From contig OY969474.1 of NCBI GenBank assembly GCA_963700145.1, positions 608,001 through 672,000 on the forward strand: DNA of 64,000 nt, read 5' to 3'. Under the pieces are notes generated by a model, which saw only the letters and a program-made list of their open reading frames with translations, searched no databases and had not been told where the DNA came from. Positions 18,892-28,829 of this stretch are shown piece after piece. Numbering within the stretch: the first letter of the stretch is position 1; each line of letters starts with the position of its first letter. The DNA is from an uncultured Acidobacteriota bacterium (GTDB lineage Bacteria > Acidobacteriota > Thermoanaerobaculia > Multivoradales > UBA5704). The position numbers and the translations under genes are program-made.

Positions 18892-19659
18892 TTGACCACG
18901 CCAGCCACAGGTCGATCGCCCGCCCAGCGCGCGCAGAAGGTGTGCGTGGTCATGCCGGCGTACAACGCCGAGCGGACGCTTGAGCGCACCTTCCGCGACC
19001 TGCCGCTCGACTGGGTGGACGACATCGTCCTGGTTGACGACTCGAGCCGCGACCGCACCGCCGAGGTGGCCCGGCGGCTCGGGCTCTACGCCGTCGTCCA
19101 CCCGCGCAACCGCGGCTACGGCGGCAACCAGAAGACCTGCTATCGGGAGGCCCTGGCGCGCGGCGCGGACATCGTGGTGATGGTCCACCCCGACCACCAG
19201 TACGACCCCCGGACGCTGCCCGAGCTGGTGCGGCCGCTCCTCGCCGGCGAGTGCGACGCGGTGTTCGGCAGCCGCATGCTCGGCGGCCGGCCGCTGGAGG
19301 GTGGGATGCCGAAGTGGAAGTATCTGGGGAACCTCTTCCTGACCGCGGTCGCCAACGCCACCTTCTACGTCTTCTTGTCGGAGTACCACTCCGGTCTCCG
19401 TGCTTACAGCCGCCGCTACCTCGAGAGCGTCAACCTGGACGCCAACTCCGACAACTTCGTCTTCGACACCGAGATCATCGCCCAAGGAGTATGGCGGGGC
19501 CTGCGCTTCCGGGAGATCCCGATCGCCACCCGCTACTTCGATGAGGCCTCGCAGATTGGCTTCTGGCGTAGCGTGCAGTACGGGTTCTCGATCCTCGCCG
19601 TGCTGGCGAAGTTCAAGTTGCAGAAGAAGAGGCTCGCCGATCTCGCTCTCTTCGCCTGA
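18892..19659 (+). CDS. GT2 DPM-synthase-like glycosyltransferase
   Basis: VVMPAYNAE, NRGYGGNQKT, MVHPDHQYDP, EYHSGLRAYS. Confidence 0.88.
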   Translation: MTTPATGRSPAQRAQKVCVVMPAYNAERTLERTFRDLPLDWVDDIVLVDDSSRDRTAEVARRLGLYAVVHPRNRGYGGNQKTCYREALARGADIVVMVHPDHQYDPRTLPELVRPLLAGECDAVFGSRMLGGRPLEGGMPKWKYLGNLFLTAVANATFYVFLSEYHSGLRAYSRRYLESVNLDANSDNFVFDTEIIAQGVWRGLRFREIPIATRYFDEASQIGFWRSVQYGFSILAVLAKFKLQKKRLADLALFA

Positions 19660-20347
19660 GCCCTACGTCCTCAAGGACCTCGCCGGCTCGAGCCACCGGC
19701 GGCTCGCGGCCTGGGTGGGGGAGCTGCCGCGGGGCGCCCGTCTCCTGGAGCTAGGCCCTGGCGCCAGCCACGTGGCGCGTCTGGCGCGCCGACCGGACCT
19801 GGTCTGGCACGGCATCGAGCGCCGACTCGACTGCCTCGGTCCGCTGTGCGAGACGCTCGGCGGCGGCCTTCTCGCCGACCTGGAGGCCCTCCCGCGGCTG
19901 CCCGCTGGGTACGCAATGGTGGTGGCCGGCGACGTCCTGGAGCACCTCGCCGACCCGGAGCGGGCCTTGGATCTGGCACGGCGGGCGCTGCTGCCGGGTG
20001 GCGCGCTCTTGGTCTCGGTGCCGAACGTGGCGAACCTCTGGGTGCGGTTGAACCTGCTGGTGGGCCGCTTCCCGTATGCGGACCGCGGCATCCTCGACCG
20101 CACCCATCGCACCTTCTACACCCGTGTCTCCCTGCGCCGAGCGCTGGAGGGGGCGGGCTTCGCCGTCGAGCGCGAAACGGTCTCGCCGATCCCGCTGCGG
20201 CTCGCGCTGCCGCGCTGGCCGCTCGCACTCGTCGCGCCCGTCGACGCTCTGCTGCGCGGGGCGACCGCGCTCCTCCCGGCGCTCCTCGGCTACCAGCTCC
20301 TGGCCCGAGCACGTGCACCGCGCCTTCCCGCCCTTGCTGAGCCTTAG
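19541..20347 (+). CDS. SAM-dependent methyltransferase (start uncertain; possibly the frameshifted C-terminal half of a GT2-MTase fusion)
   Basis: YVLKDLAGSSH, LLELGPG, GDVLEHLADP, VSVPNVAN, GILDRTH. No clean start near 19650; the nearest in-frame ATG is 19541. Confidence 0.65.
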   Translation: MRPRRLASGVACSTGSRSSPCWRSSSCRRRGSPISLSSPEPYVLKDLAGSSHRRLAAWVGELPRGARLLELGPGASHVARLARRPDLVWHGIERRLDCLGPLCETLGGGLLADLEALPRLPAGYAMVVAGDVLEHLADPERALDLARRALLPGGALLVSVPNVANLWVRLNLLVGRFPYADRGILDRTHRTFYTRVSLRRALEGAGFAVERETVSPIPLRLALPRWPLALVAPVDALLRGATALLPALLGYQLLARARAPRLPALAEP

Positions 20348-22365
20348 CGGGCCGGCGGCGCGACCTCGACGGGGTGGTCGGAGAAGCCGCCGCCGGCCTG
20401 GTCGAGCCAGGCGACGGTCTCCTGGACGAAGGTGAGGCGGAGGAGGTAGCGGCCCGGCGCCGCGGGGGCGCGCGCCCGCACCCTCATCTCGACCGTGTCG
20501 CCGGGCGGCACGTCGTGCGGCAGGAGCGAGCGCTCCCCGTCGGCCACCGGGGCGCGGCCGTCCGACGCCAGCCAGCGGTAGGAGGCGGCGACCCGCAGGG
20601 CGCCGGCCTGGAGCGGCGCTCCGGCGGCCGACCAAGCGGCGTCGCTGCAGTTGGCGACCTTCACGCGGGCGGAGAACTCGGCGCCCGGAGCCACCCGCGC
20701 CGGCGCCGTGGCGGCGAGGAACTCGGCGCACGGCCGGCCAAGCGGCAGCGGCTCCAGGAAAAGCGGCGGCGGCAGCGGCCGCCGGCCGCCGGGGCCGACG
20801 TAAAGGCGGTAGCCGGCCACGCGGAGCACGCGGTAGGGACGCCCGGAGCTGGCGAGCTGATTGCGCAGAAGACCCTCCAGCCCCTCGGCCTCGGCGCGCC
20901 CTGCAGGAGCCAGGTCCACGCCCTCGCCGGGGAAAATCCAGGCCACCCGCTCCGCGGCGGCCAGACGCCGGGAGTAGCGGGGATAGCGATCCCAGCCCAG
21001 ATAGGGAACGAAAACCAGCCGCTCCGCGGCGAGGAAGGTGGCCTTGTAGGCATCCCAGTAGCGAGCGTAGCCCCCCGCGAAGCCGCGCGCCTCGAGCGCC
21101 GCGACGACGTCGCGCAGTGGCTCGCGCTTGGCGTTGAGCTCCAGCGAAGGGGTCAGAAGGCCGCGGTCGATGAGCCAGAGGACCGACTGCAGGGTGGGGA
21201 GGGCCACGGCAAGGAGGCCCGCCGCCAGGGCGACGGGGAGGGCGCGGCGGCCCCAGCGGACGAGGGCGGTGGCCGCCAACGGCAGTGCGGTGAGCCAGGG
21301 GAGGAGGTAGCGGTTGGAGCCCGCGTCCTGGGGGTTGGGGCTGAGCACGAAGAGTAGGGCCACGAGCGGGACCAGAGCGACGAGCAGCCCTTCGAGCAGG
21401 CGGCGGCCGCCACCCCCGGCCGGGGAGCGCACGACGCGGACTAACGCCAAACCCCAAGCCAGGGCGTAGCCCAGGAGGAGGAGGGCGCCCAGCCAGGAGG
21501 CAGCGGCTCCCAGGCCGGGCCCGTTCTCGAGCGCGAGCGGCGCCTCCGGGTGGAGATTGACGCCGAAGAGGGCAGGGATGCAGTCGCTCAGCAGCAGGCG
21601 GAGGTTGGAGACGATCTGCTCGCCGGCGGCAAGGACGTAGGCCGGGCGCTTCGCACCCCGCCCGCCAGCCGCGAGGAGCGCGATCTTGGGAGCGGCTCCG
21701 AGGGCGAAGCCGGCCGCCGCTGCCGCCGTCGCGGCGAGCGGCCGTTGCAAGGCCGTGACGATCCAGGGGCGTTGCAGCAGGGCGAAGCCGCCCGCCAGGA
21801 GGAGAAGAGCGAGGTAGGCCACGTAGAGCTCGAAGATGTAGAGCCCGAAGCCGGCGAGGAAGCCGAGTGCCGCCCAGCGCCCCAGGCGCGAAGGCGCCTG
21901 CAGCGTGCGGAGAAGGTAAAGCAGAGTCAGGGTCCCCCAGGCGACGATCAGGCAGAAGCCGCTCACTGCCAGCGTGCTCCAGCGCAGGAGCTGGGGGGAG
22001 AAGACGGCGAGGAGGGCCACCCCGACCAGCCCCTCCGGCGCGCCGTAGAGGGCGCGGCCGAGGGCGAACAGCGCGACCCCGAGCGCCAGGAAGCCGACCA
22101 CCGCGGAGAGCTTGAAGGCCAGGGCGGTAGGCCCCAGGAAGACCACGAAAGGGATCGCCAGGAGGCCCTCGACGATGCCGTAGTAGGTCGTGTCCCAACT
22201 GAATGCGGAGAGCTCCCTCCCCGCCAGGAGGTGCTGGAGGGCGAGCGCGTTGACCGCCTCGTCGGAGGTGAGCGTCGCCTCGGCGTTGGCCAGCAGCGGG
22301 AGGCGGAAGAGCAGGCTCGCGGCGAGGAGCGCGCCGACGAGGACAAACTGGGCTCGACTCGACAA
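20344..22365 (-). CDS. GT-C (ArnT/PMT-like) membrane glycosyltransferase with C-terminal Ig-like domain
   Basis: TSDEA motif after TM1, many TMs, YWDAY, C-terminal VKVANCS...PGRYLLRLTFVQETVAW beta-sandwich. Confidence 0.7.
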   Translation of the reverse strand: MSSRAQFVLVGALLAASLLFRLPLLANAEATLTSDEAVNALALQHLLAGRELSAFSWDTTYYGIVEGLLAIPFVVFLGPTALAFKLSAVVGFLALGVALFALGRALYGAPEGLVGVALLAVFSPQLLRWSTLAVSGFCLIVAWGTLTLLYLLRTLQAPSRLGRWAALGFLAGFGLYIFELYVAYLALLLLAGGFALLQRPWIVTALQRPLAATAAAAAGFALGAAPKIALLAAGGRGAKRPAYVLAAGEQIVSNLRLLLSDCIPALFGVNLHPEAPLALENGPGLGAAASWLGALLLLGYALAWGLALVRVVRSPAGGGGRRLLEGLLVALVPLVALLFVLSPNPQDAGSNRYLLPWLTALPLAATALVRWGRRALPVALAAGLLAVALPTLQSVLWLIDRGLLTPSLELNAKREPLRDVVAALEARGFAGGYARYWDAYKATFLAAERLVFVPYLGWDRYPRYSRRLAAAERVAWIFPGEGVDLAPAGRAEAEGLEGLLRNQLASSGRPYRVLRVAGYRLYVGPGGRRPLPPPLFLEPLPLGRPCAEFLAATAPARVAPGAEFSARVKVANCSDAAWSAAGAPLQAGALRVAASYRWLASDGRAPVADGERSLLPHDVPPGDTVEMRVRARAPAAPGRYLLRLTFVQETVAWLDQAGGGFSDHPVEVAPPAR

Positions 22366-22439
22366 GGAACCTCTCCGGGCCCTAAAAGCAAACAGGCGGC
22401 CGGAGCGGCCGCCTGTTCAGCTCGCGCCCGTGCGGCGCG

Positions 22440-22916
22440 TCACATGAAGTATCCGGTGACGTCGAAGATGATGTGGCCGGTACCGCCGAGTGTGTTCGGC
22501 ATCGCATAGCGGAAGTTGAGGTCGTTCGCCCCCCCGCTGTCGGGGCCGAGCGGGACGATCGCCCCGTTGGCGAGCGCCGGCTCGTTCTGCAGGAAGTTCA
22601 AGGTGGATACCAGGGGCTCTGAGACTCCCACCGGCCAGAGCATGACGTGGCCGTTACCCGTCGGTTGCACCACCGTCACGTTCAGAGTCACCGCCTTGGC
22701 GCCGACGGGGATGCCGCAGTTGCCCTGGATCCGCAGCGAATGAAGACCCTTCGGCAGGGGTGTCGCGCCATCCCCGTCGAATCGCGAGTCGTAGATCCGG
22801 CAGGGAGAGAGAGCGTGGAACTGGAAGGGACCGTCTGCCCAGGCGACGCTAGGCAGCGCGATCGCGATGACCGCGGAAGCGAACAACGTTGCGGTGATGA
22901 CCGAATTCCGTTTCAC
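22440..22916 (-). CDS. Secreted single-domain beta-sandwich protein (PCR...D(S/T)R type)
   Basis: GAGGAGG RBS, GTG at 22916, signal peptide ending AWA, SPCRIYDSR...AVTLNVTVV...IFDVTGYF. Confidence 0.7.
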   Translation of the reverse strand: MKRNSVITATLFASAVIAIALPSVAWADGPFQFHALSPCRIYDSRFDGDGATPLPKGLHSLRIQGNCGIPVGAKAVTLNVTVVQPTGNGHVMLWPVGVSEPLVSTLNFLQNEPALANGAIVPLGPDSGGANDLNFRYAMPNTLGGTGHIIFDVTGYFM

Positions 22917-23188
22917 AGTCCTTCCTCCTCGTCGTAGGTAGCAGGTGAAGGATACCACAACACACCAGAGTCGGGGGTGCCAGGATCGCCAGGGCATTGT
23001 TTCCGCCCGACTTCCGCCTAAGGTCGCCCGCATCCACACGCTGGCTAGCCTGTCATCGAGCTGCCACCCCTTGACCGCGACGCCCTCGTAGCCGTCAACT
23101 AGGTCGACCCGCCATCCGTCTGCGGCGGCGGCGGGTCTCCCCACGCGGGCGCTTTCGGCGTCAGGATCACCCTGCGCCAGAGGAAAGG

Positions 23189-24595
23189 TTGGCGGTGCAG
23201 CCCAACATCCTCTTTGTGATGGCCGACCAGATGCGCTTCGACGCGCTCGGGATCGTCAACGGGTGGGCCCAAACGCCCAACCTGAACCGTCTCGCGCGCA
23301 GCGGGTTCCTGTTTCATGGCGTCGTCACCAACTCCGCTGAGTGCATCCCGGCGCGTTTCAGCCTCGCGGTTGGTCTCTATCCGCATCAGACCGGTGTTTG
23401 GCAGAACGGCGTTCATACCCTGAATCCCGAATGCCCGAACTGGATGCAGGCCGTCGAGCAGGCTGGATACTCTACCAGCGTGTTCGGCAAGACCCACCTC
23501 CATCCGCACGCAGGAGACCTGCGGGAACGCGTTCATCTCATGCACGCCTATGGACTGCAGGTGGTCGATGAGACCACGGGCCCTCACGCGAGTGTGCACG
23601 TCATGAGCAACATGACGCAATCCTGGCAGGAGCAGGGTCTATGGGAGCGATATCGAGCGGATGTGGCAAGCCGAATTGAATCCAAGCGCCATCTCGTCCG
23701 CCCATCGGTGCTCGGCGCCGAGCACCACTACGACGTCTACGTCGGCCGGCAGGCCGCGCGCTATCTGGCGGATCTCGATGATCCACGGCCCTGGTTCTGC
23801 TGGGTGAGCTTCGGCGGTCCGCACGAGCCCTGGGACGCTCCCGAACCCTATGCGAGCCTCTACGCAGACGCGGATATTCCATCGCCTATTCCGCGGCTGC
23901 GGGGGCACGAACGAGTGCGTGGCCTGCTGCGGCGCGCGTTTGACTCCGACTACTACAGCCCGCCGCTGCGCCCGGAAGAGGTGCGGGCAATGCGCGCCAA
24001 CTATGCGGGGAACGTGGCACTGATTGACGATCAGATCGGGCTCATACTCGAAGCTGTTCGAAGCAGAGGCGAGCTCGACCGCACATTGATCGTCTTCACT
24101 TCGGATCACGGCGAGATGAACGGCGACCAAGGATTGATTTACAAGGCGAATTTTCTGGATCAGGTCATCCAGGTCCCCCTGATCATCCGGCCGCCGTATC
24201 ACGACGAACCTACTGCGGGCCGCGCGCTGAGCGTGGTCGCCGAATGGATGGATGTCGGCGCCACCATCGTGGACTACGCCGGCGGCGAGCTCCCTGATCT
24301 CTCGCATGCCAGGTCGCTGCGGCCGCTCATCGAAGATGGAGCGATCGCCCCGCGAGAGTTCGCTGTGAGTGAGTTCCTCGGCCATACGGCGATCATCAAC
24401 TGCCGCTGGAAGATCGAATTCGGTCCCGACGAGAGTCCGGCGCTCCTATTCGATCGCGCTGCCGACCCGTTCGAGCAAGACAACCTCGCGGACGATAGCC
24501 GCTATGCCGGCACGACGGCCGAGCTCAAAGGCCTACTAACCGCCTTTCGCGCCGCTAGTCCGGCTCCTCCGATCGAGGTGACTCGGCGTGGTTGA
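23189..24595 (+). CDS. Formylglycine-dependent sulfatase
   Basis: PNILFVMADQ, CIPAR (C-x-P-x-R), GKTHL, PHEPW, FTSDHGEM. Confidence 0.9.
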   Translation: MAVQPNILFVMADQMRFDALGIVNGWAQTPNLNRLARSGFLFHGVVTNSAECIPARFSLAVGLYPHQTGVWQNGVHTLNPECPNWMQAVEQAGYSTSVFGKTHLHPHAGDLRERVHLMHAYGLQVVDETTGPHASVHVMSNMTQSWQEQGLWERYRADVASRIESKRHLVRPSVLGAEHHYDVYVGRQAARYLADLDDPRPWFCWVSFGGPHEPWDAPEPYASLYADADIPSPIPRLRGHERVRGLLRRAFDSDYYSPPLRPEEVRAMRANYAGNVALIDDQIGLILEAVRSRGELDRTLIVFTSDHGEMNGDQGLIYKANFLDQVIQVPLIIRPPYHDEPTAGRALSVVAEWMDVGATIVDYAGGELPDLSHARSLRPLIEDGAIAPREFAVSEFLGHTAIINCRWKIEFGPDESPALLFDRAADPFEQDNLADDSRYAGTTAELKGLLTAFRAASPAPPIEVTRRG

Positions 24596-26012
24596 CGCCG
24601 GCTCCGTGCTGTTCGTAACGCTCGACTCGTGCCGCTATGACACGTTTGCCGGAGCCAACGTGCCAGCGATGCGAAGGGTCGGGCCCCTGCACCGAGCTCA
24701 AGCGCCGTCCTACTTCACTTTCGCTTCACACGCCGCCATGTTCGCGGGCTTTACGCCGGGAGTGGCGACTGTCGCGGCGCCTTTGGTCAATCCCAAGTTC
24801 GCGAAGATCTTCAAGCTCGCTGGTCCGAGCTTTCCGGGCAAGGGCAGCGAGGGCTTTGCGCTCGAGGGGCGCAACATCATCGACGGCTTCAAGCGCCTGG
24901 GCTATCTCACGCTTGGCTCCGGCGCCGTCGGTTGGTTCGACCCGAGCGCGCCGGCGAGCCAGCTCCTGCTCGGCGAGTTCGACGAGTTCTACTACCCCGG
25001 CTATTCCTGGTCGCTTCCCCGGCAGCTCGAGTGGATCGACGACCGGTTGACGCAGCGCCGTGGTACGCCAATCTTTTTGTTTCTCAACATCGGCGAGACC
25101 CATGTGCCCTACTACCATGAAGGCGCGCCGTGGAGCCGCGGCGACAACCCGTGCGTTCCCTTCCAGATGGTCGATCGTTCGGCCGACTGCAGGTTCCGCC
25201 AACGTGCCTGCCTGGAATTCGTCGACGGGGCACTGGCTCCTCTGCTGCAGCGGTTTTCCGCCGCAACGATCGTCGTGTGCGCCGACCACGGTGATTGTTG
25301 GGGGGAGGACGGGGTCTGGGAGCACGGCGTCAGCCATCCCATGACGCTGACCGTGCCGTTGATCATCCGGCTGCGCGGTGTCGCTGTCGGCGGGGCGGCG
25401 AAAGTCCTGAGCGGAGAGCGCAGCGGCGCCTACGACGCCGTGCCGCTCGGACCGGTAGAGGAGTTCCTGGAGCGCACCGAAGGGATGATCAACCTCGAGG
25501 AAGGGAAGCTCCTATACCAGCTCGCCCGTGACGTACGAGAGGGCTGCATCATCGAGGTGGGCGCTTATCGCGGGCGTTCGACGGTCGCGCTCGGCCGGGG
25601 CTCGCTGGATGGACATCGGGTCCCGGTGTTCACAATCGAGCCTCACCAGTCGTTTACCGGCGTGCTGGGCGCGCGATTCGGCCCCGCTGATGCCGGGGCC
25701 TTTCATCGGGCGCTGCTCGAGACCGGTTGTTACCACGTGGTGCGTCCGATCAGTCTCAGCAGCGAGCAGGTGGTGCAGGGCTGGCAGGTGCCAGTCGGAT
25801 TGTTATGGATCGACGGCGATCATCGATACGAGGGCGTGCGACGCGATTTCGAGAGTTGGCGCCCGCACCTGCTCAGCGGCGCCAGGGTGGTGTTCGACGA
25901 CGCGAGTGATCCTGCGCTCGGACCGTACCGCTTGATCGCAGAGCTCATGGTGACCGGTGGGTACGAGAAGGTTGAAGAATTCGGAAAGATGACGCTCCTG
26001 CGCGTGCGCTGA
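24588..26012 (+). CDS. Alkaline-phosphatase-superfamily hydrolase fused to a class I methyltransferase (Methyltransf_24-like)
   Basis: VTLDSCRYD, ETHVPY, CADHGDCWGE in the N-half; IEVGAYRGRST, IDGDHRYEGV, VVFDD in the C-half. Confidence 0.8.
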   Translation: MVDAGSVLFVTLDSCRYDTFAGANVPAMRRVGPLHRAQAPSYFTFASHAAMFAGFTPGVATVAAPLVNPKFAKIFKLAGPSFPGKGSEGFALEGRNIIDGFKRLGYLTLGSGAVGWFDPSAPASQLLLGEFDEFYYPGYSWSLPRQLEWIDDRLTQRRGTPIFLFLNIGETHVPYYHEGAPWSRGDNPCVPFQMVDRSADCRFRQRACLEFVDGALAPLLQRFSAATIVVCADHGDCWGEDGVWEHGVSHPMTLTVPLIIRLRGVAVGGAAKVLSGERSGAYDAVPLGPVEEFLERTEGMINLEEGKLLYQLARDVREGCIIEVGAYRGRSTVALGRGSLDGHRVPVFTIEPHQSFTGVLGARFGPADAGAFHRALLETGCYHVVRPISLSSEQVVQGWQVPVGLLWIDGDHRYEGVRRDFESWRPHLLSGARVVFDDASDPALGPYRLIAELMVTGGYEKVEEFGKMTLLRVR

Positions 26013-26026
26013 CGATCCGCGAGCCC

Positions 26027-27943
26027 TCACACCTTTTCGTCGGGCGTCGGCTTGAGACCGCGACGTAGCGCGGCTGCGCCCCGTCTCAGGGCGAGGAGCC
26101 GGCCGCGCATCCGCCAGGCCCTCGTTCCCTCCATCGCCGCCAGCCGTTCGCGCCAGGCTGCCAGTTCGCGATAGAGGCGGTCTCGCTCTGTCTCGAGCTG
26201 CCCCAGCTCCGCGTGCGCCGTCTCGAGGGCGACCACAACCTCAGCTTCTCGGGCGTGGGTCTCCGCGAGCTCTCTTTGGGCGGCGGCGGCGACCTGCTCG
26301 GCCACTTGGCGGCGCGAAGAGGCCTCGGCAAACCCGTGGCGGGCGGCTTCGGTATCACGCATGGCCTCCTGAGTCGCGCGCAGGAGCTCCGGCAGGTGGC
26401 GGAGGTAGATCGCCTCGTGCTTGCGCACGATGTATTCCTGGAGCGGCATCCCCACTTCCTCGCGGGCACAGGCGGCGATCAGCGAGTCCGGCCGGGCGCG
26501 GTAGTCGAAGCCGAGTTTGGGCAGGTGGTGGAATCGCCAACCCTGGTCCGCAGCGCCGATCCAGAGGTCCCAGTCTTCCCAGCCGGAGCCCGGCATCCGC
26601 CCGTCCCAGCCGCCGCAATCCTCCCAGACCCGGCGCCGCAAACATGCGCAGGCATCGATGTAGTTGCCCCGGAGCAGGCGCGGCAGATCGAAGTCGGGGA
26701 CGCGCACCGTGCCGGTACGCAGGCCGAACTGCCAGTGGTCGCCATAGACCACCCCTACCTCAGGCTCAAGGTCCAGAACGCGCCGGGCCGCAGAGGGAAA
26801 GTCTGGCCGCAGCCGGTTGTCGGCGTCCAGTGGGAGGAGGAAGTCGCCCCGCGCCACGGCCGCTCCGGCGTTGCGCGCCGCCGCCAGGCCGCGATGTTCC
26901 TGGCGCACCACCTGGTAGCCGAGGCCGCTCAGGGCCGCCAGCACGTCCAGGGTCCACGGCTCGTCCGAGCCGTCGTCGACGACCACCAACTCCAGAGGCT
27001 CGGTCGCGCAGGCCTGCTCGACGCTGGCGACTGCCTCGAGGAGGAATTCACCGTGGTTGTAGCAGGGCACGAGGACGGACAGCGCGGGTGGGTCGCCTGC
27101 CGAGCCGGGGCCCCAAGCGGCCCGCGGCGGCCCGCCCCAGAGCCCGGCGGATGACAGATCGGCCCGCCGATCCAGCTCCCGGAGGAGGTCGAGGCAGCGC
27201 GGCCGAACCGCCTCCAGCAGTGTCACTAGGGGATGCCGCCCCTGCCGGGCGCGGAAGAGATCGGGGTCGATCCGGGAGGCGGTGTAGCCGTCTGGAGCGA
27301 GAAGCCCGAGACGTTCCCACAGCAGGCCGTCCAGGCGGTCCGGCGTGGCGAGGAGGGCATCGGCGCTCACCAGCAGGCAGCGGTCGCGCGCGGCGTCGAC
27401 GAACTCCAGAATGCGCCGGTTGTAGTACTCCCAGATCTCGTAGGCGTAATGCGGGTTGCGGAGGAAGACCTCGGCCCCCAGCCGCTGCAGCGAGTCGGCC
27501 ACTTCCCAGGGATAGCGGTAGACGATGAGATAACGCGCATCGCTGAGCAGGCCGTCCCAGAATTCCAGGGCGACGGCCGTCCGTGGGTTCTTCCATCCCC
27601 ATCGCCGGCCGGCAGCGGCCCGCGACGCCACCGCCGCGCGAGCGGTGTCCCGCCAGGCCACGAGGGCACCAGGCTCCAGCCGGTGGTGCACGGTCCACCC
27701 CCAGTCTGGGTGGCCGCCGTCGTCTGCCGGCAGGGCGGCGAGCAGCATCCGGCTCTGCAGCTCGACGAAGCCCAGGTCCTCGAAATAGCCGGCCGGGTTG
27801 TGGGCGTCGGCGGGGAGGAGCCGTTCGCCCAGGTCGACTCCGAGGCCGTCGACCAACGAGGCCACTAACGACGTTGCGGAGGCGTGCATGCCCGTGATCA
27901 CGATCGGCATCGGGGCGGCGTCAGGGCGCGTTCGCTCGTCCAT
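26027..27943 (-). CDS. Sulfotransferase-like + GT2 + coiled-coil fusion protein
   Basis: ITGMHASATS, NPAGYFED, WGWKNPRT; then VPCYNHG/DDGSD/LDADN; C-terminal heptads ending TRAWRMR. Alternative GTG start at 27973. Confidence 0.82.
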   Translation of the reverse strand: MDERTRPDAAPMPIVITGMHASATSLVASLVDGLGVDLGERLLPADAHNPAGYFEDLGFVELQSRMLLAALPADDGGHPDWGWTVHHRLEPGALVAWRDTARAAVASRAAAGRRWGWKNPRTAVALEFWDGLLSDARYLIVYRYPWEVADSLQRLGAEVFLRNPHYAYEIWEYYNRRILEFVDAARDRCLLVSADALLATPDRLDGLLWERLGLLAPDGYTASRIDPDLFRARQGRHPLVTLLEAVRPRCLDLLRELDRRADLSSAGLWGGPPRAAWGPGSAGDPPALSVLVPCYNHGEFLLEAVASVEQACATEPLELVVVDDGSDEPWTLDVLAALSGLGYQVVRQEHRGLAAARNAGAAVARGDFLLPLDADNRLRPDFPSAARRVLDLEPEVGVVYGDHWQFGLRTGTVRVPDFDLPRLLRGNYIDACACLRRRVWEDCGGWDGRMPGSGWEDWDLWIGAADQGWRFHHLPKLGFDYRARPDSLIAACAREEVGMPLQEYIVRKHEAIYLRHLPELLRATQEAMRDTEAARHGFAEASSRRQVAEQVAAAAQRELAETHAREAEVVVALETAHAELGQLETERDRLYRELAAWRERLAAMEGTRAWRMRGRLLALRRGAAALRRGLKPTPDEKV

Positions 27944-27953
27944 CGGATCGGTA

Positions 27954-28829
27954 CTACGCGACCGACCGCTCACCGGTGCGGCGGTAGACGTGGAGGAGCT
28001 GGTCGGAGGGGAGGAGCCAGATCAGGACGGGCAGCGCCGCCGCCAGCCCGGCAAAGGAGACGAGGGAGGCGGCGCTGGGCCGGCGGTCGAAGTGCAGCCG
28101 CTGCCAGAGCCCGCGCCAGCGCAGGCTGGGCAGGGGCTGGCTGGCTTCGAGCGCGAAGCCGTGCCGCGCCATCAGCCGCGGCAGGCTGCGCCGGCCGAAG
28201 TAGCTGAGGTGCGGACTGGGGTACCCCTTCTGCCACAGCCGCTCGAGCAGCGCCGGCCGCCGGCAGCGCGCCAGCCCGCCGGCGAGGCGGAAGAGCGCGC
28301 CGCCGCTGTCGGGAGCGCTGACCGCGACGCGCCCGCCCGGGGTGAGCAACCGGCGGCAGGCGCCGAGGGCGGCGTCGAGCTCGTACAGGTGCTCGAGCAC
28401 GTCGTTGAAGACGACGACGTCGAAGCGCTCGTCCTCCCCGAGGTCCTCCGGGAAGTAGCCGACCCGCACCTTCAGGCCGCGCGCCGCCGCCTGGGCGGCG
28501 ATCGAGGCGTCGGGCTCGAGGCCGACCCCGTCCAGGCCCGCGGCGCGCGCCTCCTCCAGGAACCAGCCGTAGGCGCAGCCGACATCCAGCAGGCGGAGCC
28601 CGGCGAGCGGGCCGGCGGCGCGGAGCGCCGCCAGCAGCCGCCGGTGGTTGGCCCGGCGCAGCCCTTCGAGGGCCGCGACGCGGCGCGTCTCGTCGAGCGC
28701 CGCGCCCGCCTGGAGACGGTCGTTGTCGGCGAGCCGCGAGCGCCAGAGGCCGCAGGCCCGGCAGTGGCGGAGCCAGGGCGCCAGGCGCTCCGCCATCTCG
28801 GCCCCGCAGGCCGGACAGGGGTCGCTCAC
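27954..28829 (-). CDS. SAM-dependent methyltransferase with N-terminal Zn-ribbon
   Basis: GTG at 28829; CPACG...CRACG, LLDVGCAYGWF, DVLEHL. Confidence 0.82.
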   Translation of the reverse strand: MSDPCPACGAEMAERLAPWLRHCRACGLWRSRLADNDRLQAGAALDETRRVAALEGLRRANHRRLLAALRAAGPLAGLRLLDVGCAYGWFLEEARAAGLDGVGLEPDASIAAQAAARGLKVRVGYFPEDLGEDERFDVVVFNDVLEHLYELDAALGACRRLLTPGGRVAVSAPDSGGALFRLAGGLARCRRPALLERLWQKGYPSPHLSYFGRRSLPRLMARHGFALEASQPLPSLRWRGLWQRLHFDRRPSAASLVSFAGLAAALPVLIWLLPSDQLLHVYRRTGERSVA

